A stretch of 23,084 nucleotides of DNA, filler included, from Barthelona sp. PAP020 (GCA_040182905.1; 20 parts of 20 records of this genome joined end to end with filler, not necessarily neighbours in it); one strand, 5' to 3'; shown: positions 9,852-19,832, counted from the first letter of the whole stretch. A program made the numbers and translations. Notes: generated from the letters alone by a model not told the origin.

Positions 9852-10478
9852 TTACCACAAGTGCAAAATTTCGTTTGTTTTTACTCTTTCTTGTGTTTCC
9901 AAAATATGTGTTTTCATTTCTTCAAAATTAATTTCTTGAGATCTGGAAGCGTCAATTTTCACCATTTTGAATTTGTTATTTGGTGTTTCAAGCAATTCAC
10001 ATAAATATTCTCTAACTTTTTTTTGAAATTGGGGAACTTCATATCTCTCAGCACCAAAAGTTTCTTTCGATTCAATATTCCTAACACTTGAATCCATAAA
10101 TATTACTAGATCAGGTGAAATTAATCCTTCATCTGTTGATTTACACCATTCCACATTTAAACCATCAATTTCTTTAGCTGCTGTGTATGCAACACCACTG
10201 GGAGCATATCTGTCACAAATGATTGATTTGCCGGAAAGGAGAATTTGTTCAATTTCATTCACTTTTTCAAAACGGTTTTTAGAATATAATTCATGAATAT
10301 TTTGATCTGATAATTCGATTTCCCGTCTAAGATACTTGTCAATATCTTGCCCTGAAGGTAAAGTTCTATCTGGAAATCGAAACATCGTGCAATTCAATTC
10401 TTGTGAAAGATTGATACATTGAGTAGTTTTCCCAACTTTGTCTATACCTTCCAGTACAATAAAAGCACCTCTATTCAT
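9852..10478 (-). CDS. DTYMK: Thymidylate (dTMP) kinase, complete
   Basis: RGAFIVLEGIDKVGKTTQ P-loop, FRFPDRT, CDRY, PDLVIFMD, FGAERYE. Confidence 0.96.
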   Translation of the reverse strand: MNRGAFIVLEGIDKVGKTTQCINLSQELNCTMFRFPDRTLPSGQDIDKYLRREIELSDQNIHELYSKNRFEKVNEIEQILLSGKSIICDRYAPSGVAYTAAKEIDGLNVEWCKSTDEGLISPDLVIFMDSSVRNIESKETFGAERYEVPQFQKKVREYLCELLETPNNKFKMVKIDASRSQEINFEEMKTHILETQERVKTNEILHLW

Positions 10479-10539
10479 GTTAGCAAATCAAAAAAAAAGA
10501 ATTTCCTTTTGAACCCCAATTTTTTTTAAATCAAATATT

Positions 10540-10639
10540 ATGAGTTTTCAGTTGCTTTTTGTTTCAAATGCAGCAAAAACACCACAAAGACGAGTTCCTC
10601 CTCCGTTACCGCCTCCATCATTGACGGTTGTCGATTTTG
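10540..10639 (+). CDS. Probable N-terminus of a proline-rich protein, divergent from dTMP kinase
   Basis: MSFQLLFVSNAAKTPQRRVPPPLPPPSLTVVDF, open to the contig end; higher GC than the flank. Confidence 0.5.
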
Positions 10640-10788
10640 NNNNNNNNNNNNNNNNNNNNNNNNNNNNNNNNNNNNNNNNNNNNTTAATTAATTAANNNNN
10701 NNNNNNNNNNNNNNNNNNNNNNNNNNNNNNNNNNNNNNNTAATAAATAACCAAAAAGAAATGTATTCTCAAAAATTTACCGGTTAAAC

Positions 10789-11793
10789 TTAATCATCATC
10801 ACTTTCATCAGCATTTTCATCAATATATTGATGCATATTACCACCATTCTTTTTATTAATGTCGACCAGATCCCAACATGTATTAATAACTAAGCCAAAG
10901 TCCATTTGATTCATATATACGCCGGAAGTAACAAATTGTCGTATTAGAGAACTTTTTGCCTTCACTAAAACAAGTGTTGAAATGAGATATCCTTGATTTT
11001 TGACCAATTCAATCAGTTGAGATTGAGAAACGTGACAAAATGTCACATCAACATCTCCTTTGGTTGATGCCTCTCCAGAATTTGCAACATTAATGTATAA
11101 TTTTCCAGACGATTCTTTATGTGCATCCCACAAATCAGAGGGCATATAATATTTGTTGAAAAATACATACATGTCGAATCCATTAACATTAATTTCTGGA
11201 CGATTTAAAAGCATCAAAGCAATATCCAAATGGCCATGATAGGCACTGATAGAAAATGGAGAATGCCTCTTAGAACCTCGCTTATTAACATCAGCACCAT
11301 GGTCCAACAACATTTTGATGATATCAAGATGTCCTTGTCTGCAACTGATGCACAAGGAAGAATATCCTGTGAAGCATAAGTTAACATCAGCACCATGAAT
11401 CAAAAGATATTTGACAATTTCAAAATATCCCAATTTGCAAGCAATATACAATGAAGAAGTACCAATATTGTTGCATGAATTAACATCTGCACCCATTTTT
11501 AGAAGGGTTTTAACAAAATCAAGATTGTTTTCTTGACAACAAACAAACAAGGGAGATTTTCCCAAATTGAGATCTATATCATAATTTTTCAATAAAAAGG
11601 TTGCCATATCAAATGAATGTTTTGAAATGCACCAACAAAATGGAGAAATACCATTTGCATCACATACGTTCACATCAGCACCATTCTTTAATAAAAGATG
11701 AATGATATCAAAATAACCAGACTGGCAACTGACACATAATGGATTAAACTTATTGTTAGGACTTATATTGACATCAGCACCATGGTCCAACAA
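10789..11793 (-). CDS. Ankyrin-repeat protein with a family-specific C-terminal domain, 5'-truncated
   Basis: About 6 repeats of SPL..SC..G..DI..MLL.HGADVN, then a tail ending CWDLVDINKKNGGNMHQYIDENADESDDD. Confidence 0.93.
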   Translation of the reverse strand: MLDHGADVNISPNNKFNPLCVSCQSGYFDIIHLLLKNGADVNVCDANGISPFCWCISKHSFDMATFLLKNYDIDLNLGKSPLFVCCQENNLDFVKTLLKMGADVNSCNNIGTSSLYIACKLGYFEIVKYLLIHGADVNLCFTGYSSLCISCRQGHLDIIKMLLDHGADVNKRGSKRHSPFSISAYHGHLDIALMLLNRPEINVNGFDMYVFFNKYYMPSDLWDAHKESSGKLYINVANSGEASTKGDVDVTFCHVSQSQLIELVKNQGYLISTLVLVKAKSSLIRQFVTSGVYMNQMDFGLVINTCWDLVDINKKNGGNMHQYIDENADESDDD

Positions 11794-11895
11794 TNNNNNN
11801 NNNNNNNNNNNNNNNNNNNNNNNNNNNNNNNNNNNNNNTTAATTAATTAANNNNNNNNNNNNNNNNNNNNNNNNNNNNNNNNNNNNNNNNNNNNT

Positions 11896-12141
11896 GAGGC
11901 GGAACTCATTCGATTGTCAAGGGATGGTGGCTATGTATTGTCGAATCTTATGGCTTTGAATATTGATACTCAAGTCATAAGACAATTGGTAGCCGTAGGG
12001 ATATACATGAATGAAGAGGAGTATAACATGATTGTTGACACATGTTGGGATTTATCTGACATTAATGAAATGAAGGGTGGAAATATGCACTCATTTTTCA
12101 ATGAACAAAGTGATCATGAAAGTGATGAAGTTGATGATTGA
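11896..12141 (+). CDS. C-terminal domain of a paralog of the ankyrin family
   Basis: EAELIRLSRDGGYVLSNL...IRQLVAVGIYMN...TCWDLSDINEMKGGNMH aligns without gaps to the tail of 10789-11793. Confidence 0.88.
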   Translation, partial: EAELIRLSRDGGYVLSNLMALNIDTQVIRQLVAVGIYMNEEEYNMIVDTCWDLSDINEMKGGNMHSFFNEQSDHESDEVDD

Positions 12142-12264
12142 TTAGTTGGAAAAATGATCCAAAACATCATTTTAGGAATGCACTGAGAATTTTCTGTTCT
12201 AAAAATTATTTCTTTCATTTTCATTTGGCAGATGTTCCTTGGTATTTTTTTTATTGTTCTTTAA

Positions 12265-12936
12265 TTTGAGTTCAAATCCAACAGTTTTCGTTTCCATCAC
12301 AAGGTCTGTCAAATTTTGATTGATGATTGGGACATGAGAAACAGATTTTTGGATTTCTTTGAAGAAAATGAATTCAATGAGGCCATTCGTCGAGAACTAA
12401 GGGTTTTGACAAAGAATAGGTCTCCCAATATTGTCACTCTGAACCGCATTGTCTTTGTTGTTGATGAAGATTCAGATATCGTTGCCCTCGCTCTCGAGCT
12501 TGAGAAGGCTCCCATGGATCTTGAGCAGTATCTTAACGAGTACAATCCTGATAGAGCCACACTACTTTGGATATTTGAACAAGTATGTGCTGGTCTTCAC
12601 CAACTGCACGATCGTGATATTGTTTGGAGAGATGCAAAACCACAGAACATTTTGGTGTGGGTTGATGATGAGGACAAAGTGTCACGAGTGGCTCTCTGTG
12701 ACTTTGCAACAGCATATCAAACTGAAGGTACAATGTCCAGTGGTACTATGATACAGGGTACGGCTCTTTACATGGATCCAACATCATTAGTAAGCAGAAA
12801 TGTTGACTTTTCAATGGATATTTTTGCTTTGGGTAAATTACTGATTCGTATGTTTTATCCAACTCTTTTGGAAGAAAGCGTTATCACCATACAAAACCAC
12901 TTTGAAAATGCAGGTGATAAAACTGATGAACTCTAC
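12265..12936 (+). CDS. Divergent Ser/Thr protein kinase domain; N-lobe incomplete or atypical; 3'-truncated (first ATG at 12334)
   Basis: RRELRVL...PNIVTL, LHQLHDRDIVWRDAKPQNIL, LCDFA, GTALYMDP, DIFALG. In-frame TAA at 12262. Confidence 0.85.
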
Positions 12937-13036
12937 NNNNNNNNNNNNNNNNNNNNNNNNNNNNNNNNNNNNNNNNNNNNTTAATTAATTAANNNNNNNN
13001 NNNNNNNNNNNNNNNNNNNNNNNNNNNNNNNNNNNN

Positions 13037-13226
13037 AAAGAAAAACCTTACCTTTTTTTTCCATGATGGTTGCATATGATGAATTAGCAAGTTCACAACT
13101 TCTTCTGTTGCACAAACCAGTAACATTGTGAGGATTCTTACAAAATGTTTGTTTCGGCGTTTTTACCTTGAAACAACAAAAATATTCGTTAACACATGAC
13201 CATATGTGGTCATCTGAAGCTGACAT
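13037..13226 (-). CDS. MAK16: Ribosome biogenesis protein Mak16, N-terminal part
   Basis: SDDHIW...[36 protein letters not shown] matches the Mak16 N-terminus. Confidence 0.95.
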
Positions 13227-13573
13227 ATATAATCAAAAGAAAAAATCAAAATATTGTGAAACAGTTTGTTTGTATTGACCATGTTCACAAAATTTGTAAA
13301 TAAATTGTATGAATGAGTTTCATTTATTGATAAAAATTAATTGGACTAGCTTTTAAAAGGAACCTATTTTTACTGTAAAAATGAAGGAATTTATCGAATT
13401 TTAATTTAGACCTTTTTAATAACAATAAAAATATTACCTAATCATTCATAAACAAATTCGATGGACGATGAACAAAAAAAAATGCTGTTTCTTTCCTGCT
13501 GTTTTGCAAATTATTTCTTTTAATTATCCAAAATGAGTTGGTTATCAGGGTAATCATACATATATTTTAAAAC

Positions 13574-14076
13574 ATGAAATCTAACCAATGTAGAAATGAA
13601 TATGATACAGGTGTTAACACTTTTTCACCTGATGGTCGATTATATCAGTTAGAATATGCTTGTAAAGCTATTGATTTAGGTCAGACATCGATTGGTATTC
13701 AAACTTCAGAGGGTGTTGTATTAGCTTGCGAAAATTTATCAGAACCATTGTTGGTTCCAAATAAGCTTCCGAAATTGTCAAAATTGGAAGAACATGTATG
13801 TTGTGCATCGTCTGGATTAATGGCAGATGCCACAATTATTGTTGATCATGCAAGAGACACTGCACAAGACCATTGGTTCAATTTTGATGAACCAATCCCT
13901 ATTCGTACTTTAACACAAAACATATCTGATCTTTGTTTGAAATTTTCTGATTCTGATGAAGAAAAAGCCATGTCTAGACCTTTTGGTTGTGCTGCTTTGG
14001 TTGCTGGTGTTGATGATAAAGGCCCTCAATTATTTTTGGTTAACCCAACATCAACTTTCTTAAGATATGATGCTAA
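13574..14076 (+). CDS. PSMA5: 20S proteasome subunit alpha5, 3'-truncated
   Basis: RNEYDTGVNTFSPDGRLYQLEYA, SGLMADA, AQDHWF, and the alpha5-type MSRPFG motif. Confidence 0.92.
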
Positions 14077-14177
14077 NNNNNNNNNNNNNNNNNNNNNNNN
14101 NNNNNNNNNNNNNNNNNNNNTTAATTAATTAANNNNNNNNNNNNNNNNNNNNNNNNNNNNNNNNNNNNNNNNNNNNC

Positions 14178-14300
14178 ATGTCAATCAACTATTGTTGGGA
14201 TTTGATTGACATCAATGAAAGGAATGGTGGTAATATGCGTCATTATATTGATGAAGAGATAGAAGATGACAGTGATGATGATGATGAGATTGATGATTAG
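14178..14300 (+). CDS. Extreme C-terminus of a third paralog of the ankyrin family
   Basis: Manual translation MSINYCWDLIDINERNGGNMRHYIDEEIEDDSDDDDEIDD*. Confidence 0.85.
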   Translation: MSINYCWDLIDINERNGGNMRHYIDEEIEDDSDDDDEIDD

Positions 14301-15351
14301 AAAGGTCTAACTTCACATTAAACTTCCTCTTTCATTCACTACAAAACTCAGACTCTTTGTTTAAAAAACAGAAAATACCTTATTGGACAATTCTTTTAAA
14401 AAGCAAAAGAGCAATTGCTGTATTGCATTGTGTTGTAACTGTTAAAGAGTTCATCATTAAATTTTCGTTGTGCCATTTAATAATGAAGGTAATGTGCTAC
14501 AAATCTTTTTTGGAGTGATCAAAACCAACCAATATTTCTATGTTAACCCCTTCAATTTTTAATTTTCAAAAAAGTAAGTCAGAACTTTAAAATTTTGCTT
14601 TTGCAAAAATACAAAAAAATCAGGGTCAGGAATTTTTTCCAAAGACACAACCTAAATTCACACAATGTACTTTCAGTCTGGATCTCACACCCTGTATTTT
14701 TCCGAAATTCACTAAAATGACTCTTTGGGTTTTTTTTCACTGTAAATAAGTTTATGTCACTACTGGAGCAAAATATAGGGTCACTTTTATCTTTTCTTAT
14801 TGTTACCATATCAATTATTGGAGTCCAATACAACAAGAACAAAAAATATTGATAATAAATGATGTTGCTTTTATTAGTTAAATTGAAGGTCGACACACTA
14901 ACAACATTGGAGACTCTCATTGAAGAAGTGAAAAAGGTTTCATCAATGGAAAAAAACTGGAAATTTGATTCCACATATCGCACTCTTGCAAGTTTAATTT
15001 GTGAATTTCGTGAGTGCAAATATGTCAACACCATCACTACATCAACAAATCTGCAAAATAAATTGGAACAATGTCTTTTGTTAAAAATATTCGAACAAAC
15101 ATCATCATGACAAACTTTCAGAATTGTGTGACATTTTGGCAATGTTTAAATCAATAGCGAAAGTTCAATTGGGTGCATTAATTCGAAAAAGAAGGTCTTA
15201 AGAAAGAATCAAAAACNNNNNNNNNNNNNNNNNNNNNNNNNNNNNNNNNNNNNNNNNNNNTTAATTAATTAANNNNNNNNNNNNNNNNNNNNNNNNNNNN
15301 NNNNNNNNNNNNNNNNCGGTTGACCAAAACAGCAAAGATACCATGGAGTAA

Positions 15352-15457
15352 TTTCCCCAACCCCAGTTAGTAAATATAAATTAAAGCCTTTAATTTTGCC
15401 CTTTCGTCTAACGTGAATTTACCCTTTCGTCCAACATGAAATGCCCTTTTGTTCAAA
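15352..15457 (-). mobile_element. Stack of A-type TTCAC units downstream of tRNA-Arg
   Basis: Minus strand: degenerate TTTGAACAAAAGGGCA, then TTCATGTTGGACGAAAGGGTAAA from 15440, then TTCACGTTAGACGAAAGGGC...GGGGTTGGGGAA from 15417, nearly identical to 8483-8547. Confidence 0.75.
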
Positions 15458-15511
15458 GTAAGCGCTATATCAGTATTTCAGAGATTGGTGCTGAATTTTT
15501 CCAAGTTTTAG

Positions 15512-15523
15512 AGACTCGATCCT
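15512..15523 (-). promoter_or_regulatory. Extragenic downstream B-box-like element AGGATCGAGTCT (tRNA-Arg)
   Basis: Plus strand agactcgatcct; 27 nt after the discriminator at 15551. Confidence 0.85.
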
Positions 15524-15550
15524 GTGGTAAAAAATTAAACTTTGTAAATT

Positions 15551-15624
15551 CGACCGTGAGAGGACTCGAACCCCTAACCTTCTGATCCGTAGTCAGATGC
15601 CCTGTCCAATTAGGCCACACGGTC
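15551..15624 (-). tRNA. tRNA-Arg (anticodon ACG)
   Basis: Acceptor GACCGTG/CACGGTC with discriminator G; anticodon arm TCTGA-CTACGGA-TCAGA; T arm AGGGG-TTCGAGT-CCTCT. Confidence 0.96.
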
Positions 15625-15699
15625 ATGAAAGGTTTTTATAAAGAATATTTCTAAATAAAATTTTTATTTTGAATAAAATTGAAAATGTAAGTGTGTTAA

Positions 15700-16110
15700 T
15701 TTTTTTCAAACCAAAAAACACTGTATGTATGAATAAGCAAAAAAATAATATTTATTTGATTAAAAAAATTTCAAATTTCATTAATTTATTAAAAATTTTA
15801 ATTTTTTTTAAGTGAAAAGTATAACCATAATTTTGTTTTTATTATACAAGAAAATAAAAGCAAAAATGTATTTATAATTTTTTTGGTCAAGTTGTTTCAC
15901 AACTATATTTTTATTTATAAAGAGTAAGCAATCAGAGAAAACTTATTTTATTAAATTTCAGCCACAAAAAATGTGTGACTTTAATAAAATCTTGCTCATC
16001 AAGTGTGAAAATTTTTGGAAAAAGTTTCCATTCCCATTCTTTTGTATTTTGGTAAAAAGTAAAATTTTAAAGTTTAAACTTTACTTGGAAAATCTAAAGT
16101 TTTATTAGAT
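15700..16110. repeat. Two F-family repeat copies in opposite orientations upstream of tRNA-Arg
   Basis: 15719-15771 (CACTGTATGTATGAATAAGC...TTTATTTGATTAAAAAAATTT) aligns with 336-390. The reverse complement of about 16003-16110 aligns with about 415-510. Confidence 0.65.
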
Positions 16111-16317
16111 ATTTATGAGGTATGAGTTGTTCAGTGAACAACGAAACGAGTTAGCTTAAGGTTTGGGGAAAACTCACGTGGATTCAGATGCCTAAGTAAC
16201 TTAAAAAAATTGGACCTAAAGGTGGTCAAGAAACAACAAATATTGGTCCAGTTGTGAAACAACTATATTTATTTACAAAGAAAGTAAACTCAGAAAACTC
16301 ATTCTAGCAAATTTCAG
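15883..16317 (+). repeat. Degenerate ~75-nt direct repeat, copies 360 nt apart
   Basis: TTGGTCAAGTTGTTTCACAACTATATTT...AAATTTCAG at 15883 versus TTGGTCCAGTTGTGAAACAACTATATTT...AAATTTCAG at 16243. Confidence 0.7.
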
Positions 16318-16450
16318 TCAAAATCCCAGGAGGGGAATTGAGGGACTGAANNNNNNNNNNNNNNNNNNNNNNNNNNNNNNNNNNNNNNNNNNNNTTAATT
16401 AATTAANNNNNNNNNNNNNNNNNNNNNNNNNNNNNNNNNNNNNNNNNNNN

Positions 16451-17482
16451 GGCAACATCAAGATGACCATTTTGACAACTTACGTACAATGAAGAACTAC
16501 CATCATTAGAATACAAATTAACATCAGCTCCATGATCCAAGAGCATTTTAGCAACATCAAGATGACCATTATAACAACTAACATACAATGGAGAACTACC
16601 ATCATTAGGAAACAAATTAACATCAGCGCCATGATCCAATAGCATTCTGGCAACATCAAGATGACCATTTTGACAACTTACGTACAATGAAGAACTACCA
16701 TCATTAGAATACAAATTAACATCAGCTCCATGATCCAAGAGCATTTTGGCAACATCAAGATGACCATTATAACAACTAACATACAATGGAGAACTACCAT
16801 CATTAGGAAACAAATTAACATCAGCGCCATGATCCAAAAGCATTTTGGCAACATCAAAATGACCAATTTGACAACTGATGTACAATGGAGAAGCACCATT
16901 TTTTGTACATTGATTGGCATCAGCTCCATGATCCAAGAGCATTCTGGCAACATCAAGATGGCCCTTTTCACAACTGATGTACAATGAAGAAGCATCATCA
17001 TTCATACTCAAATTAACATCAGCCCCATAATCCAAGAGCATTCTGGCAACATCAAAATGACCATTTTGACAACTAATGTACAATGGAGAAGCACCATTAT
17101 CATTGCACAAATTAATATCTGCTCCATAAATCAAGAGCATTTTGGCGACATCAAGATGACCATTTTGACAACTGACGTACAATGGAGAAAACCCCTTTTC
17201 ATCGCACAAATTAACATCAGCTCCATGATCCAAGAGCATTTTGGCAACATCAAGATGACCATTTTGACAACTGATGTACAATGGAGAACTACCATCATTC
17301 ATACTCAAATTAACATCAGCGCCATGATCCAACAAAAACTCAACAACTTCAATTTGCCCATCAAAAGCAGCTCCCCAAAGCGATGTCCTTCCTTCCTTGC
17401 CCTGTTTGTTCACATCAACGCCAGATTTGATACACTGCTTGACAACCTCAAGATTACCATCACATGCTGCATAATAGATCTT
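16451..17482 (-). CDS. Ankyrin-repeat protein (at least 10 repeats), partial at both ends
   Basis: 99-nt tandem units encoding DG.SPLY.SCQNGHLDVA.MLLDHGADVNL; the frame is open across the whole contig. Confidence 0.96.
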
Positions 17483-17582
17483 NNNNNNNNNNNNNNNNNN
17501 NNNNNNNNNNNNNNNNNNNNNNNNNNTTAATTAATTAANNNNNNNNNNNNNNNNNNNNNNNNNNNNNNNNNNNNNNNNNNNN

Positions 17583-17789
17583 CACTTTTATTTTCCTGAT
17601 TGTCAATATCTTCAATTGATTCAACTTTGCCTTGTAATGTTGATTTTTTTTCATCAGGTGCAACATCAATTGCCCAAGATTCCTAAAGTTAGATTTGTGA
17701 ATTTTTTTTTGGATTACATTTAGATCATCATTAATATCAGCAGAATAAAAATCGTGGTCAAAATTATATGATTCTTTCGGAGAATCCAT
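17583..17789 (-). CDS. Possible N-terminus of a hypothetical protein
   Basis: MDSPKESYNFDHDFYSADINDDLNVIQKK..., open to the contig end; divergent from INO1. Confidence 0.45.
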
Positions 17790-18212
17790 GTACAAATGTA
17801 ATAAAAAATTGTGATTTGTTGTTTATTACCTTTATACATTTTTTTATAAAAATCTTTGTTGTATATGATTGTTCATTATCCCAATAATGTGAATAACTTT
17901 ATGTTTTTTCAAAATAGTACAATGAAAAAATTTCCAAAACTGGTTATATGCATATAATTGTATATATTTACATCAAATGTTGTATATCATCAACATTTGG
18001 GTAAAATTATTTTTCACCAATATTATCAGTTTATCCAACAAAAAAAGTTTCTTGACCCACTGTTTCATGCAAATATCAAAAATTCAATGAAATCAAATGG
18101 TGTTGTTTTCTTAAAAAAAAAAAATTCCTTGATTGGTTATTGGGTCTAAGATCAACCCCACCCAGGATTTCCAAAGATTCAAAAAAAAAAAATTTAAACT
18201 TTTTTTTGCGTT

Positions 18213-18609
18213 ATGTTATTACACAAATATCACAGTCCCAGTGCGACTATTACCGAATCAACGATTGAAACCGTCTACAATTATGAACAGTTTGACTATT
18301 CATTTTATTTTTCTAACTTTTAGACCTGTTGTTACTGTTGAAAATAATGAGGCCACTGTTTCTTCTAAAACCACTGCTGTTCTCTTTAAAACAGATAAAG
18401 TTGTTCCCAAAACTGGTTTTATGATTGTTGGTCTTGGTGGTAACAATGGTACTACCCTTACTGGTGGTGTTTTGGCTAACAAGCACAATATTACCTGGAA
18501 CTCAAAGAAGGGTGAAATGAAATCTAATTTCTGGGGTTCTGTTTCTCAAAGCACTTGCATTCAATTGGGTTTGATTAATGGTGAACAAATTCTTCTTCCC
18601 ATGAAAAAT
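18213..18609 (+). CDS. INO1: myo-inositol-1-phosphate synthase, N-terminal part, two exons (18213-18289, 18324->18609)
   Basis: Exon 2 has VPKTGFMIVGLGGNNGTTLTGGVLANKHNITW...NFWGSVSQS. Exon 1 (MLLHKYHSPSATITESTIETVYNYEQ) resembles the INO1 N-terminus and joins in frame after splicing. Confidence 0.94.
18290..18323 (+). other. 34-nt spliceosomal intron in INO1
   Basis: GTTTGACTATTCATTTTATTTTTCTAACTTTTAG: GT...AG with branch motif CTAAC. Removal restores the frame (CA|A CCT). Confidence 0.85.
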
Positions 18610-18709
18610 NNNNNNNNNNNNNNNNNNNNNNNNNNNNNNNNNNNNNNNNNNNNTTAATTAATTAANNNNNNNNNNNNNNNNNNNNNNNNNNNNNNNNNNN
18701 NNNNNNNNN

Positions 18710-18812
18710 GGAAACAGGCTAGCATATTGTGGGTTTTGCTTGACTCACACAAACGCATCCAAACATTTTCTTGTTGTTGCTCTCTTATGAAATGCCCGCT
18801 GCGCTTCACAAA
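18710..18812 (-). repeat. Terminus of young repeat 'D' (copy 1)
   Basis: 18725-18812 is the exact reverse complement of 20767-20854 (88 nt). Flanks differ and both contigs break inside the repeat. Confidence 0.85.
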
Positions 18813-19451
18813 AATATTCAAAATCGATTGATGTTGTTTTTGAGTAGTTTTAGAGTTTAAAACTAATATTTAGGTTCATCTTTTTGCTTGTTCTTTTTGA
18901 TTCTTTGATCATTCTGTTGAAAGCTGCAAAGATTCTTTTTTATCATTTTTATTTGGAGATACAGATATATTTTTTCATCAAATTTATAAAATGTTGGAAT
19001 GATGTAGAAAAAAAAAAAAGAGGGGTGTTTGGAAGCCTTTTATTTTTGGCGAATCGAAATTTTCCGATTCTTCCTTTTTCCCCCGAGGCACGGAACTTTT
19101 CCTTAACCTACCCCCAAATTTTTGACCTGCCATGGTGAATGCACGAATACTTGCACAATTAGGATAAATATTAAAGAGTTCTGAGCGTTAGGCTCTTTTG
19201 AGCAATTAGTAATGCAATATTTCACACTCCCCTCATAGAGCGTAGCTCTCCTACGAAAGCCTATGAAAGAATAGGTCTCAAAAAAGAGAGGTTCCTTTTA
19301 GGAACGCTGAACCCCTTGAAAAGAATAAATATTTAGGTTTATTATTTATTAATCAACTGAGTTTCCCAGTCTCTGATTTGGGAAAGTTCTGGAAAAGGTT
19401 CGTACAAGAAGAAAAAATTTGGAAATCTCTTTGTATGTATTTCTTTTTCTT

Positions 19452-19580
19452 TTTTGAGCTGGTACAGCGAAATTTTCAACATCTGAACATGTCCAACTCC
19501 TACAGGTCTCAATACTTGTACGTTAATAAATGAATCAGTTTTCAACCAGAACTCCATAAATGTGGAAGAGATATTATTGG
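19452..19580 (-). mobile_element. Degenerate distal body of a C-family element
   Basis: TTTTGAGCTGGTACAGCGAAATTT...ACAGGT...AGTTTTCAACCAGAACTCC aligns with 7543-7670. Confidence 0.6.
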
Positions 19581-19624
19581 TTTTGTTGTTTCGTTAGTCC
19601 AGTTTCTACGAATTCAATTCATTA

Positions 19625-19732
19625 ATTTGGCAACAACAAAAATTTCACCGAAAGAAGACGCAAAGGAAGAACTAACCAAAATACTCCTGCATATAAAGCT
19701 AATAATCCCATAAGAAAGAAAATTTTAAATCT
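19625..19732 (+). repeat. Terminus of young repeat 'E' (copy 1)
   Basis: 19625-19730 is the reverse complement of 20955-21060 with one mismatch in 106 nt. Confidence 0.85.
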
Positions 19733-19832
19733 NNNNNNNNNNNNNNNNNNNNNNNNNNNNNNNNNNNNNNNNNNNNTTAATTAATTAANNNNNNNNNNNN
19801 NNNNNNNNNNNNNNNNNNNNNNNNNNNNNNNN

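Noticed and set aside
14579..15142. 187-aa minus-strand ORF and the overlapping 83-aa plus-strand ORF as a gene or element protein
   Set aside because: No recognisable motif on either strand, and the plus frame is flanked by stops. It may be a decayed gene but I cannot support a call.
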